A stretch of 64,000 nt of DNA from Parcubacteria group bacterium. Lineage in GTDB: Bacteria > Patescibacteriota > Minisyncoccia > Moranbacterales > UBA11712. Below, piece by piece: positions 18,713 through 28,024 of the stretch (the stretch's first letter is position 1; every line of letters starts with the position of its first letter). The stretch is taken from contig JBAZXV010000008.1 of assembly GCA_041659685.1 (NCBI GenBank), forward strand, positions 3,332-67,331, read 5' to 3'. The notes below the pieces were generated by a model. The model ran no database searches and was not told where the DNA came from. It saw only the letters and a list, made by a program, of their open reading frames with translations. The position numbers were made by a program, and so were the translations under genes.

Positions 18713-18825
18713 ATTATTATATATCAAACGTTTTTTCCTGCAAAGGAAAAGTTATCCACAGAATTGAATAAATTTATTATATAATAAATATTTTTTTCCT
18801 GCAAAGGAAGAATTATCCACAATTC
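18713..18825 (-). promoter_or_regulatory. Tandemly duplicated ~50-bp promoter-like unit, each with a DnaA box
   Basis: Two copies of TTATTATAT..TTTTTTCCTGCAAAGGAA..TTATCCACA (boxes at 18752-18760 and 18813-18821). The minus strand gives TTGCAG...TATAAT. Confidence 0.6.
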
Positions 18826-18842
18826 CTTTTAGCTAAGCCGCC

Positions 18843-19547
18843 TTAAAGATTCGTGGCCGTTGCCGTGATTGTCGCCGTGTACGTGCCCAACGGCTGACTG
18901 TGGCCGGATCCGGATTCGGCCTTAAAATTTATCGTCGTGTCGTCTCCGGTACCCTCGCTGGGGGCATTCCGGTGCGCCGCTTGAATCCGATTCGCTCCGT
19001 TAAATCCCAGATATTTATCACCCGAAAAACCGGCTTCGGCATATGTCCCGGAAGAATTGAAACCAAATTCACTGTCAGCCGCCGCCACAGACCACTCTTC
19101 AGGCGTTCCGGACACCGCTTCATCGTAGTCCGCAAATGAATTTCCTCCGCTTGTCAGCGCCGGCGAGGCACTCGCATTCACTTCAAGTTTCCATCCGTCC
19201 GGGTCATTCGTTTCCACGTTCCAGGTAACGCTTCCGGAAGTCGATCCCGCTTCCTCGATTTCCGGAGATAGGGAGACATCGGCGGGCGAATTGAGACTCA
19301 CTGCCGAAACAACCGTAACGCTGACGGTCACCGAGTCCGATGAGTCTCCCGCCACGAGACCATCGATGCTTTCAAGATAGCTAAAAAATAAAATCGAAGA
19401 AAGCGCCAAGAGAACAATTCCGAGCATCGAAAAAAACTCTATTTCAAAAAGAAAAATCCGCCGTTTATTTTTCGGCAAATGGCTGTAGTATAAACCGAAT
19501 TTCTCAATCAGACTTTTGGGTCTTCTTTTTTTTGTTTTTCTTTTCAT
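18843..19547 (-). CDS. WxL-like / pilin-like protein (close paralog of 18067-18690)
   Basis: N-terminal TM, WNVETNDPDGWKLEV, FADY.E...GTPE.W, QPLGTYTATITATATNL. Confidence 0.6.
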   Translation of the reverse strand: MKRKTKKRRPKSLIEKFGLYYSHLPKNKRRIFLFEIEFFSMLGIVLLALSSILFFSYLESIDGLVAGDSSDSVTVSVTVVSAVSLNSPADVSLSPEIEEAGSTSGSVTWNVETNDPDGWKLEVNASASPALTSGGNSFADYDEAVSGTPEEWSVAAADSEFGFNSSGTYAEAGFSGDKYLGFNGANRIQAAHRNAPSEGTGDDTTINFKAESGSGHSQPLGTYTATITATATNL

Positions 19548-19594
19548 CAAATCATGTTATTCCTATTGCCTTAGCGGCTTTATTTTGCTCCGCG

Positions 19595-20299
19595 TCAGAT
19601 CGTTCCCACCGCAGTATATGTAATCGTGCAGGAATAAGCGCCTGATTTCTGATCCGAAGGAACATCCGCCTTATATCCGATCACCGTTTCGTCAGCTTCG
19701 CTCTTGTAACCTCTCTTTGCATGTGCAGTCTCGGCCACATCCGGAAAAGCGGCGTATTTATAGTTCGGATTTTCTCCCCATTTCGCGTCCACGCCGGTTC
19801 CGGAAATAACGGTGAAGCCGAAACCCAGATTGTTCGGCGCTGACCAAAGGAGCGGCGTCGCGATTGTTCCACTATGGTCGTCAATAGTCGTCACCCCGTC
19901 CGTGTGGCGCATTTTGTGATCCTTGGAAACATTGAGCGAATAGCCGTCCCATGAGTCGGTTGTCACGGTAACCGTACTTTGCCCCGTCACCGGACTTCCC
20001 GCGAGCAGAGACCCTAAATCTTTAGTGTGGCTGTCAACCGTTAAAGTGAGATAGGTGTTTACCATATACCAAAATCCGGCATTCATCTTGTATGTTCCGC
20101 TCGCGCTTTCTCCGGTCGCAATTTCGCCCAAGGTATCATTCAGTTTATATGTTTCGGAACTGCTTGCCGCTCCCCCGAAGTTAATCGAATCAGCATTGAT
20201 CTTATAGCTTCCGCTTGACATTTGGGAGAGACAACCGCCGGCTGACAAAAAGAAAAATACGGCTAGGGAAAATATTTTAAAGACAACAAGTTTACTCAT
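19595..20299 (-). CDS. WxL-like secreted protein
   Basis: Signal peptide, MSSGSYKINADSINFGG, VTTDSWDGYSLNV, QKSGAYSCTITYTA. Confidence 0.55.
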   Translation of the reverse strand: MSKLVVFKIFSLAVFFFLSAGGCLSQMSSGSYKINADSINFGGAASSSETYKLNDTLGEIATGESASGTYKMNAGFWYMVNTYLTLTVDSHTKDLGSLLAGSPVTGQSTVTVTTDSWDGYSLNVSKDHKMRHTDGVTTIDDHSGTIATPLLWSAPNNLGFGFTVISGTGVDAKWGENPNYKYAAFPDVAETAHAKRGYKSEADETVIGYKADVPSDQKSGAYSCTITYTAVGTI

Positions 20300-20387
20300 T
20301 CCCTTGAGATGTTTTCAAAATTATTTATAATTTCTTTTATATTATAACCAACCCGCGCAGAATCGCCAAATTTAAATTATACAAAGC

Positions 20388-21215
20388 TTATCCGCGAGCG
20401 AAATATACAGCTAAAATTACCGCCGCCAGCGCCAGCCGGTACCAGAAAAAAATAGCGTAACTTGTTTTTTCCACGAATTTCAAAAGATATTTTATAGCGG
20501 CATATCCGCTTACCGCCGCCGCCAGCATTCCGACGAGCAGATAAATGTCAAATCCGGATTTCAAAAAATGCGGAAGTTTGAAAACGGCGGCGCCGAAGAT
20601 TATCGGCGTCGAAAGAAGGAAAGAAAATCGGGCCGCCGACTCGCGGCTTAGTCCCATCGCAAGCCCGGCCGTAATCGTTGCACCCGAACGTGAAACTCCC
20701 GGAACGATGGCAATCGCCTGCGACAAACCGACCGCCAAGCTGTCCAGCCAGGACATCTGGCTTATTTTTTTCCTGTGCTGATGATATTTGTCGACCAGAT
20801 ACAAAATCAATCCGACAGCGCTCAGAGTGAACGCGATCAGAATCGGCGAACGGAAAGTCGATTCGGCATAGCTTTCCAGGAAATATCCCGCCAAAACTCC
20901 AGGAATCGTGGCGAGGATAAGAAAATAAAGGATATTTTTTGAATAGCTGTTCTTTTTATCATTATTGGAAATTGATTTGTCAGATATTGATTGAAAATTT
21001 GAAAGCGCTAGCTTGATTATCTCCACCCAGTCCCGGAAAAAATATAAAATTACCGCAAGAAGCGTTCCGAAATGAAGCGCTACATCAAAAGAAAGGCCCG
21101 GATCGGAAAAACTAAAAAGCCACGGCGCCAAAACAAGATGAGCCGAACTGGAAATCGGCAGAAATTCTCCGGCGCCTTGAATGATTCCAAGAAAAATTGA
21201 TTGAAAAATAGTCAT
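20388..21215 (-). CDS. uppP: Undecaprenyl-diphosphate phosphatase
   Basis: GIIQGAGEFLPISSSAHL, PGVSRSGATI, AARFSFLLS motifs. Confidence 0.95.
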   Translation of the reverse strand: MTIFQSIFLGIIQGAGEFLPISSSAHLVLAPWLFSFSDPGLSFDVALHFGTLLAVILYFFRDWVEIIKLALSNFQSISDKSISNNDKKNSYSKNILYFLILATIPGVLAGYFLESYAESTFRSPILIAFTLSAVGLILYLVDKYHQHRKKISQMSWLDSLAVGLSQAIAIVPGVSRSGATITAGLAMGLSRESAARFSFLLSTPIIFGAAVFKLPHFLKSGFDIYLLVGMLAAAVSGYAAIKYLLKFVEKTSYAIFFWYRLALAAVILAVYFARG

Positions 21216-21233
21216 TGTTTGAAAGAGTTAAAA

Positions 21234-22710
21234 TTATCGGCTAAAGAGCAAAAATAAAGAAACAATAATCGCAAACGCCATAAATCCCACTGCCAGCCAT
21301 CCGAAAAATTTTACCCAAAAAGGATGCGTTTCCTTCCCCATCACGCGCTTGTCATTTCCAATTATCATTATGACAGCAAGAAGCGGCAAGGCAATAATTC
21401 CGTTTAAATAAGCTGAATAGTAGAGAGCTTTAATGGGATTAATATGGAGGAAATTGAGTCCCAACCCCACCAAAATCGAAAGAGCGATAACCATATAAAA
21501 ATCCTTTTGCCCGGGAAAACTTAAGTTCAAGCCCTTCGTGCCATTTCATCACTTCGGAAAGCGCATAAGCGCCGGATCCGGCAAGAATGGGAATAGCCAG
21601 AAGGCCGGTCCCGATGATGCCGATAGCGAAAAGAAGGTAGGAGGCTTCGCCCGCAAGAGGCCGGAGAGCCAGGGCCGCCTGATCGGCTGAATCAATGGTT
21701 GTTATTCCGTTCTTGAAAAGTACCTGGGCGGTAGTAAGGACGATAAAAAAGAAAACCACATTGGCAAGAATCATTCCCGTTCCCACATCGGTCCGCATAT
21801 GCGAAATCCGGCAGTGCATGGAGGATCTTCTTTCCTGTTCGCTCAAAAGCTTATTTTCTTCCACTTCTTCCGACGTCTGCCAGAAAAAAAGATAGGGCGT
21901 GACAGTCGTTCCGAAAACGGCAATCATGGCAAAAATATAATTTTCGCTGAATCTGATATTTGGAATGAAAGCGTTCTCAAAAACTTCCCGCCAGTCAGGA
22001 TGAATCAAAAATCCGGTGACAATATAGGCGAAAACGGCAATCGTAAGCCACTTCAGAAATTTGACATAGGTCCGATAGCGAAAGAATATTTCAAGAAAAA
22101 CGATAAGAAGAGCGAAAAAAAGAGATGCCGCGCTGATATTGGCGCCCGTCACCAAATTCAGCGACGCCGCCATCGCCCCGAGGTCCGCCCCGATATTCAC
22201 GACATTGGCAACAATGAGAAGAAGCACGATAGCCCCCATGGTTTTCTTGTTGAATCTTCCGCCCAGAACCTTGGTCAAACCTTTATTTGTCACAATTCCT
22301 ATCCGGGCGCAAACTTCCTGAACCGCAAGCATGACCGGAAGAAGCCAAACCGCCATCCAAAGAATCGAAAAACCGAACATGGCGCCGACCGCCGAATAAG
22401 TTCCGATGCCGGAGGGGTCATCATCGGAAGCTCCCGTAATGAGCCCGGGGCCCAGAGCTTTTACATACAACGCAAATTTTTTTCTGGGGTTTCGGACCAG
22501 ATTCTTTACTTTAACAACGTCCGCCTCGGTTATTCGCAATGTCCCGTCGACCAGTTTTACCGCCTCTACCTCGCCCCACACAATCATTTTTTTTGCAATC
22601 ACAAGAGGAATTCCGGCTTCGCGGCGAAATTCGGAAACTGTATGCAGCTTGCCTTTCTTGACCCTAGAGTTCGACTCTAGGGTTGCGTTATTCGAGTAAA
22701 TATTTTTCAT
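21234..22710 (-). pseudogene. Nramp-family divalent metal transporter with N-terminal HTH-like extension, split by a 1-nt insertion (real or sequencing error)
   Basis: GPGLITGASDDDPSGIGTYS motif. At 21497-21501 an A5 run gives GGA TTT TTA; removing one base restores KGFYMVIALS and joins ORFs 21439-22710 and 21234-21530. Confidence 0.8.
22661..22683. repeat. REP-like hairpin ACCCTAGAGT-TCG-ACTCTAGGGT (partner cluster 23356-23393)
   Basis: Perfect 10-bp stem with 3-nt loop. Copies flank both ends of the second RAYT. Confidence 0.85.
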
Positions 22711-23347
22711 CCTCTTTTTTATTTTTCATGTAAACAGCGTTTTCAAAAATAAATTTTTTAAAATCAGTATAATCTTTGAACTGATTCATTATGACTTTCT
22801 TGTTGCAAAGCCCCTTTTTTCTTTTTCCAAGATAATCCGGAAAACTTGAGTACTTCCATTCTTTCTCTTTATATCCATGAATATAATGATTCAAATTCAC
22901 GTAAGCCGCAAGATAAAGCAATTTAGAATTTGATTTTATATGAACTCTCTTAAATTTCCCCTGAAACAGAGCGCCCGACCTGCTATTTCTTGTATTAAAA
23001 TAATTAGTATGACTCGTTCCGATTTTGTGCATTAATTTTTCTATTCCATTATTGACTAATTGCTTTACGATCAAATGATAATGATTTGGATTTAGACAAT
23101 AACATATAAACTCGACTAGTTTTTTTCGTTTTTTTTTCAATAATGGAAAATCAGAAAGCTCAGCCTCAGGATTGTTGTCTTTATAATCCCTCCAGGCGAT
23201 CATGAGTCCGTCATCTTGATTATTCAGCAGGTTCATCGACAGCTTAAACCTTTCAAAATCCCGCTTGTCCTGAAAAATTTTTCTCTTGTCCACTCCTCTG
23301 TTATACAGGTGGTAATATTCACCGTTTGTAAATTCAATTTTTCTCAT
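22688..23347 (-). mobile_element. Second REP-associated tyrosine transposase (RAYT, Y1 HUH family)
   Basis: YYHLYNRGVDK, YCLNPNHYHLIV, YFN...SGALFQGKFK, YVNLN, WKYSS motifs. Confidence 0.9.
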
Positions 23348-23397
23348 TTTATTTTACCCTAGTACCCTAGAGTCTAGAGTCGAACTCTAGGGTTGCG

Positions 23398-25227
23398 TTA
23401 TTCGACGGTGACGCTCTTTGCCAGATTGCGCGGCTTGTCTACATCAAGGCCTTTCAGAGCCGCGAAGTGATAGGCAAAAAGCTGAAGAGGGACTACCGAT
23501 AAAATCGGAGTCAGCATCTCAAGAGTTTTGGGTATATAAATAACATCGTCCGCGATTTTTTTCACTTCTTTGTCGCCCTGAGTGGTAATGGCTATCACTT
23601 TTCCGTTTCGGGCCTTTATTTCCTGCATGCCCGAAAAATTCTTTTCATAAACGCTGTCCTGCGGCATAACAAATATTGAAGGGAAATTTTTATCGATCAT
23701 GGCAATGGGACCATGTTTCATTTCACCGCTCGCAAACCCTTCGGCATGAACATAGCTCAATTCCTTGATCTTGATTGCGCCTTCAAGAGCTATCGGATAA
23801 TTATATTTTCTGCCAAGCAGAGAAAAATTATTCGCTTTGATATATTTTTTGGCTATTTTATTTATCTCTTCGCTTTGAGAAATAATTTTCTTTATTTTGG
23901 AAGGAATTTCGAGAAGCTCTTTGAGGATACGCTGGCCGGTAACCAAAGACATGCCCCTCTGGCGGCCCAAAAGGACCGTCATCAGGGCCATTATTGCAAG
24001 TTGTGAAGTAAATGCCTTCGTGGAAGCGACCGCTATTTCAGGACCGCTGTGATTGTATATTCCCGCGTCCGTTTCCCGGGCGATTGTCGATCCCACGGCG
24101 TTTACGATCCCCAGGGTCAAAGCTCCTTTTTCTTTTGCTTCTCTCACAGCCGCCAGAGTATCAGCTGTCTCTCCGGACTGGGAAACGGCGATAACTGCCG
24201 TATTCTTGTCAATAATCGGCTTTCGATAGCGGAATTCATGGGCGTAATCGACTTCCGTCGGGATCCCCGCATATTCCTCAAGCATGTATTCGCCGGTCAA
24301 AGCCGCCAGCCGCGCCGTTCCGCAAGCCACAATAACGAGCCGGTCAATTTCCCTCAGCCTGTCCTTCACAGATTCCAGGCCTCCCAGCTTGGCATTCCCC
24401 TTTTCCAAAATATACCTTCCTCTCACGCTGTTCATAAGAGACTCGGGCTGTTCCATGATTTCTTTCAGCATGAAATGGTCGTATCCTTTTTTCTCTGCCT
24501 CTTCAAGAGTCCAGTCGATCTTGGAAATTTTTTTATCAACTTTTTTCCGTTTAAAGTTCGTAACCTTGAAGTTGCCTTTCGTCACTTCGGCCATTTCCCC
24601 GTCTTCAAGATATATCACCTGGTCAGTATATCTCACAATCGGGGCCACGTCGGAAGCGATGATATATCCGTCGCTTGCCACCCCCAGAACCAACGGGCTT
24701 CCATTCCTTGCCAAAAAAATCCTCTCCGGTTCATTGCGGTCGATAATAGCCAGGCCGTAGGTTCCGTCGATATGCGCCAAAGTTCTCCAGATCGCTTCTT
24801 CGATCGGCACCTTTTTTTTGTATTCTTCGATAAGATGGGCCAAGACCTCCGTATCTGTTTCCGACAAAAACTTGTGTCCCATTTTTTCAAGATCCGTCTT
24901 CAGCTCCTTATAATTTTCAATTATCCCGTTATGGACAAGAAAAATATTTTTTCCGCAATCGCAGTGCGGATGAGCGTTTTTTTCGGAAGGTTTTCCGTGC
25001 GTTGCCCAACGGGTGTGGGCAATCCCGACGTGGCCCCTGATGTCCAGGCCGTTAATTTTATTTTCAAGTTCCACCACTTTCCCCACTGCCTTTTCCGTAA
25101 TAACCTTGTTCCCGTCAAGAACCGACAATCCGGCGCTGTCATAGCCCCGGTATTCCAACCTTTTAAGACCATCCATGAGAATTGGCATAGCCTCCTTTTT
25201 CCCAATATAACCGACAATTCCGCACAT
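23398..25227 (-). CDS. glmS: Glutamine-fructose-6-phosphate aminotransferase
   Basis: MCGIVG, LEYRGYDSAG, HTRWATHG, SQSGETADT, PRNLAKSVTVE. Confidence 0.98.
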   Translation of the reverse strand: MCGIVGYIGKKEAMPILMDGLKRLEYRGYDSAGLSVLDGNKVITEKAVGKVVELENKINGLDIRGHVGIAHTRWATHGKPSEKNAHPHCDCGKNIFLVHNGIIENYKELKTDLEKMGHKFLSETDTEVLAHLIEEYKKKVPIEEAIWRTLAHIDGTYGLAIIDRNEPERIFLARNGSPLVLGVASDGYIIASDVAPIVRYTDQVIYLEDGEMAEVTKGNFKVTNFKRKKVDKKISKIDWTLEEAEKKGYDHFMLKEIMEQPESLMNSVRGRYILEKGNAKLGGLESVKDRLREIDRLVIVACGTARLAALTGEYMLEEYAGIPTEVDYAHEFRYRKPIIDKNTAVIAVSQSGETADTLAAVREAKEKGALTLGIVNAVGSTIARETDAGIYNHSGPEIAVASTKAFTSQLAIMALMTVLLGRQRGMSLVTGQRILKELLEIPSKIKKIISQSEEINKIAKKYIKANNFSLLGRKYNYPIALEGAIKIKELSYVHAEGFASGEMKHGPIAMIDKNFPSIFVMPQDSVYEKNFSGMQEIKARNGKVIAITTQGDKEVKKIADDVIYIPKTLEMLTPILSVVPLQLFAYHFAALKGLDVDKPRNLAKSVTVE

Positions 25228-25287
25228 GAATTTTTGATTTAAGAATTATGAACTATGATCTAAAAAAGTAATATCTTACGGCCATTC

Positions 25288-25947
25288 TTAAACCGTTAAG
25301 CTTTTTAATATTTTTTCGATTTCCTTGAAATTTTTGACTTCGTAATCAACATATTTTGTTTTTTTGTCTTTGTAGCGCCCTTCTTTCCGCTTGATGAAAA
25401 AGGTGATGCATTTCTTAAACTTTTTCTTTACGGCGTCAATCTGCTCGATGCGGTCGTCAATAAAAACAAAAACGTCACCGTTTGATGAAAAGCGGCTGAT
25501 CACTTCGGACTTTATTTTGTCTGTTACCACTATTCTTTTAAAATATCTTTTTAGGTTGCATCCGTCTATTTTTTTGGCCTGAAATTTTGCATGCCCGAAC
25601 GTGATAATATGCAGATTGTTTTTGCTGAAATTTTTTAAAAACGGGTTTATGTCCTTAAAGATATACTTCCGGCTGTTTTTCAAAAACCTGTCGAGATCGC
25701 TCTTCGTTTTTTTTCCGTCAATCCCCAGTTCTTTTTCCAAAAATCTTATCTGATTATAGGGATCGCGCTTGGCAATTCCGGATTTGTTTTTCTTGGATAA
25801 TTCCCTGTATGTTCGGGAGAAATCTTCTTCCGAAACTCCATTTTTCTCGAACACGCCTATCAGCCCTTCTTTAAAAGCTTTCGTATAGAAAATCGCATCA
25901 TCAAAATCGATGAATATCTTCAGCTCCTTAGGTATTTCTTTTTTCAT
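25288..25947 (-). CDS. HAD-superfamily hydrolase
   Basis: IFIDFDDAIF (motif I) and FVFIDDR (motif IV). Confidence 0.75.
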   Translation of the reverse strand: MKKEIPKELKIFIDFDDAIFYTKAFKEGLIGVFEKNGVSEEDFSRTYRELSKKNKSGIAKRDPYNQIRFLEKELGIDGKKTKSDLDRFLKNSRKYIFKDINPFLKNFSKNNLHIITFGHAKFQAKKIDGCNLKRYFKRIVVTDKIKSEVISRFSSNGDVFVFIDDRIEQIDAVKKKFKKCITFFIKRKEGRYKDKKTKYVDYEVKNFKEIEKILKSLTV

Positions 25948-26006
25948 AATTAAGTGGAAGTCCCGTGTCTTCAAAGTATTGAATTCGTGGCAGACTTCAT
26001 GAATTG

Positions 26007-27017
26007 TTAATATTTTCCGTTAATTATTTTCATCAATACTTTTGCCAATTTATCACTGTCGTGGCGGATCAGCGCCCGCGTGCCTGAAATGGCGTCCGAT
26101 TTCGAATATTTCACTGCTTCGGAGCTGAGAAGATCGGATCTAACGACCCGAAAGCCCCGCTTCCCCTCCTCAGCCTCGTAAAATTCAACCATCGCCCCCT
26201 TGCCTTCTTTCCTTTCGTATCTGTCCATTAGTTTTTTCGGCGGTTTCTTCGAATTGAAAGTGACAAAATTTATTCTTCCAGCCCCCAAGTATTTCTCCAA
26301 ATGTCTGACATATCTCTCCAGGTCATATCCGTCTGTTTGGCCTTTCCGATTGGTCAAATTGCAATTAAAAATCAACCTGGCTTTCGATTTTTGAATCGCC
26401 CGCCTGATTTCATCAACCAAGAAATTAGGAATCAGGGATCCGTAAAGATCTCCCGGACCGATAATGATAAAATCAGCTTTTCTTATCCGGTCAAGAGCCT
26501 GCCTGCACGCCCTCACTTTTTTCACAAGCCTGACTTCTTTTATTCCAATTTTTCTGATTTCTTCGCTATGATCAAGCTCCGTTTCCCCTTTCAGAACTTT
26601 TCCGTTGTTAAGCCGGATGAGAAGCCGCATATCTCCCTCGGAAACAGGCATCACCTCTCCAACGATATTCAATATTTTCCCGACTTCCTCTGTTGCCTTC
26701 ACGAAGCTTCCAGCCGTCTTTTCAAGCGCCGAAATGAAAATATTTCCGAAACTGTGGCCCTTCAGCCCGCCGTTTTCAAAACGGTAGCCCATCAGGTTCC
26801 GCATGAGGCTCGACGATTCAGAAAGAGCCACCAGGCACTGCCGAACATCTCCCGGAGGAAGCACTCCGAGCTCGTCGCGAAGAAGCCCGGTCGATCCGCC
26901 GTCGTCCGCCATCGATAAAATCGCCGTTATGTTCACCGAATATTTTTTGAGCCCCGAAAGCAAAACAAAGCTTCCTGTCCCTCCGCCGATTGTAACCACA
27001 TTCTTTTTTTTCATCAT
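26007..27017 (-). CDS. yvcK: YvcK/GlmR (UPF0052, CofD-like) family protein
   Basis: VVTIGGGTG, MADDGGSTGLLR, PPGDVRQCL, GHSFGN, IRHDSDKLA. Confidence 0.9.
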   Translation of the reverse strand: MMKKKNVVTIGGGTGSFVLLSGLKKYSVNITAILSMADDGGSTGLLRDELGVLPPGDVRQCLVALSESSSLMRNLMGYRFENGGLKGHSFGNIFISALEKTAGSFVKATEEVGKILNIVGEVMPVSEGDMRLLIRLNNGKVLKGETELDHSEEIRKIGIKEVRLVKKVRACRQALDRIRKADFIIIGPGDLYGSLIPNFLVDEIRRAIQKSKARLIFNCNLTNRKGQTDGYDLERYVRHLEKYLGAGRINFVTFNSKKPPKKLMDRYERKEGKGAMVEFYEAEEGKRGFRVVRSDLLSSEAVKYSKSDAISGTRALIRHDSDKLAKVLMKIINGKY

Positions 27018-27961
27018 CAATTTAGATCGTAATTATAATCTCCGTCGTCATTATTCCTGATCGTGTTTTTTGAGAGTTTTACGTTTTTCTTTATGAATGT
27101 GACGAATTTATCCCGAAGCGAAGATGCAAAACGGATAAATTTTATGCCGTATTTTCCGTTTCCCGTGATGGTGTTTTTCTTTATATTCACTTTTCCTTTC
27201 TTCGAGGAATAAACCTGCACCCCGATTCCCTGCGCGTCGTTATTTTTTATGTCATTGCTTTGGATTGTCAAATTCGTCCCGGCGAGAATAAGCTCGATTC
27301 CGCTCTCGCCGTTGTCTTCAATCCTGTTATTCCTTATGGTTCCCTTGATCCCGTCATGGAGATCGACTCCCTCTTCGCCGTTTTTGTGAATGTAATTCCC
27401 TTTGAGGCTTATCCGGCGCGCTGAGGCGTAAATTCCATATTTTTTGCCTCCATTCACACTACTGTTCGTCATCGTGAAGACATAACTCTTCCGGTTTGAT
27501 CCCTTCTTGATTTCAATTCCCACAATTGCCGAGTCCTTCATCTCGCAATTTTCAACCGTCACTTTTGATTTTCTGTCGACAATAAGATTATTATTGGCGT
27601 TTCTTACCGTTATGTCTTTTATGGTGCTTTTTGTCGATTCAAAATAGATGCCCGCGCTTTTCCCGCCCGCGTCGATAATCGTGTTTTCCTTGTTCTCACC
27701 ATATAATCTCGTGTGGTTTCGCAAGGTTATCGATTCATTATAGGTTCCTCTCGAAATATACACCCTTTCCTTTTTCAGCCCGTGTTCCCTGATATAATCC
27801 GTCGCCTGCGTGATCGTCTTCCAGGGATAGTTCTGGGTTCCGTCCTGGACCTCCTGGCTTGAGTTGGCATCGACATAAAAATTATATTCTGCCGCTCTCG
27901 CCTGATTCGCCGCAAACAGCAACAATGATGCCAAAATGATTTTTATTACTTTTATTTTCAT
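27017..27961 (-). CDS. Secreted right-handed parallel beta-helix protein
   Basis: Signal peptide, YVDAN..DGTQNYPWKTITQA, GTYNE, repeated N.I..N...GI turns. Confidence 0.8.
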   Translation of the reverse strand: MKIKVIKIILASLLLFAANQARAAEYNFYVDANSSQEVQDGTQNYPWKTITQATDYIREHGLKKERVYISRGTYNESITLRNHTRLYGENKENTIIDAGGKSAGIYFESTKSTIKDITVRNANNNLIVDRKSKVTVENCEMKDSAIVGIEIKKGSNRKSYVFTMTNSSVNGGKKYGIYASARRISLKGNYIHKNGEEGVDLHDGIKGTIRNNRIEDNGESGIELILAGTNLTIQSNDIKNNDAQGIGVQVYSSKKGKVNIKKNTITGNGKYGIKFIRFASSLRDKFVTFIKKNVKLSKNTIRNNDDGDYNYDLN

Positions 27962-28024
27962 AAATTTTTCCACTGTCAGTCCAAAATCAATTCCAAGGCT
28001 AATTAGGCTGGATCAGGCTGACAA

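Noticed and set aside
15339-18821. Replication origin suggested by DnaA boxes
   Set aside because: Only three scattered boxes, no dnaA/dnaN nearby and no switch in gene orientation.
15369-23347. IS605/IS200 elements with TnpB
   Set aside because: No tnpB next to either Y1 gene. Protein length and flanking REP hairpins fit RAYT better.
22661-23405. Tn7 insertion at attTn7 downstream of glmS
   Set aside because: No tns genes or Tn7 ends. The inserted gene is a Y1/RAYT protein.
25228-25287. glmS ribozyme
   Set aside because: Only 60 bp of AT-rich spacer precede glmS, with no recognisable ribozyme core.
27974-28023. TGTCAG...CTGACA bounded segment as another copy of the 30-bp element
   Set aside because: Similarity is too weak to assign by eye.
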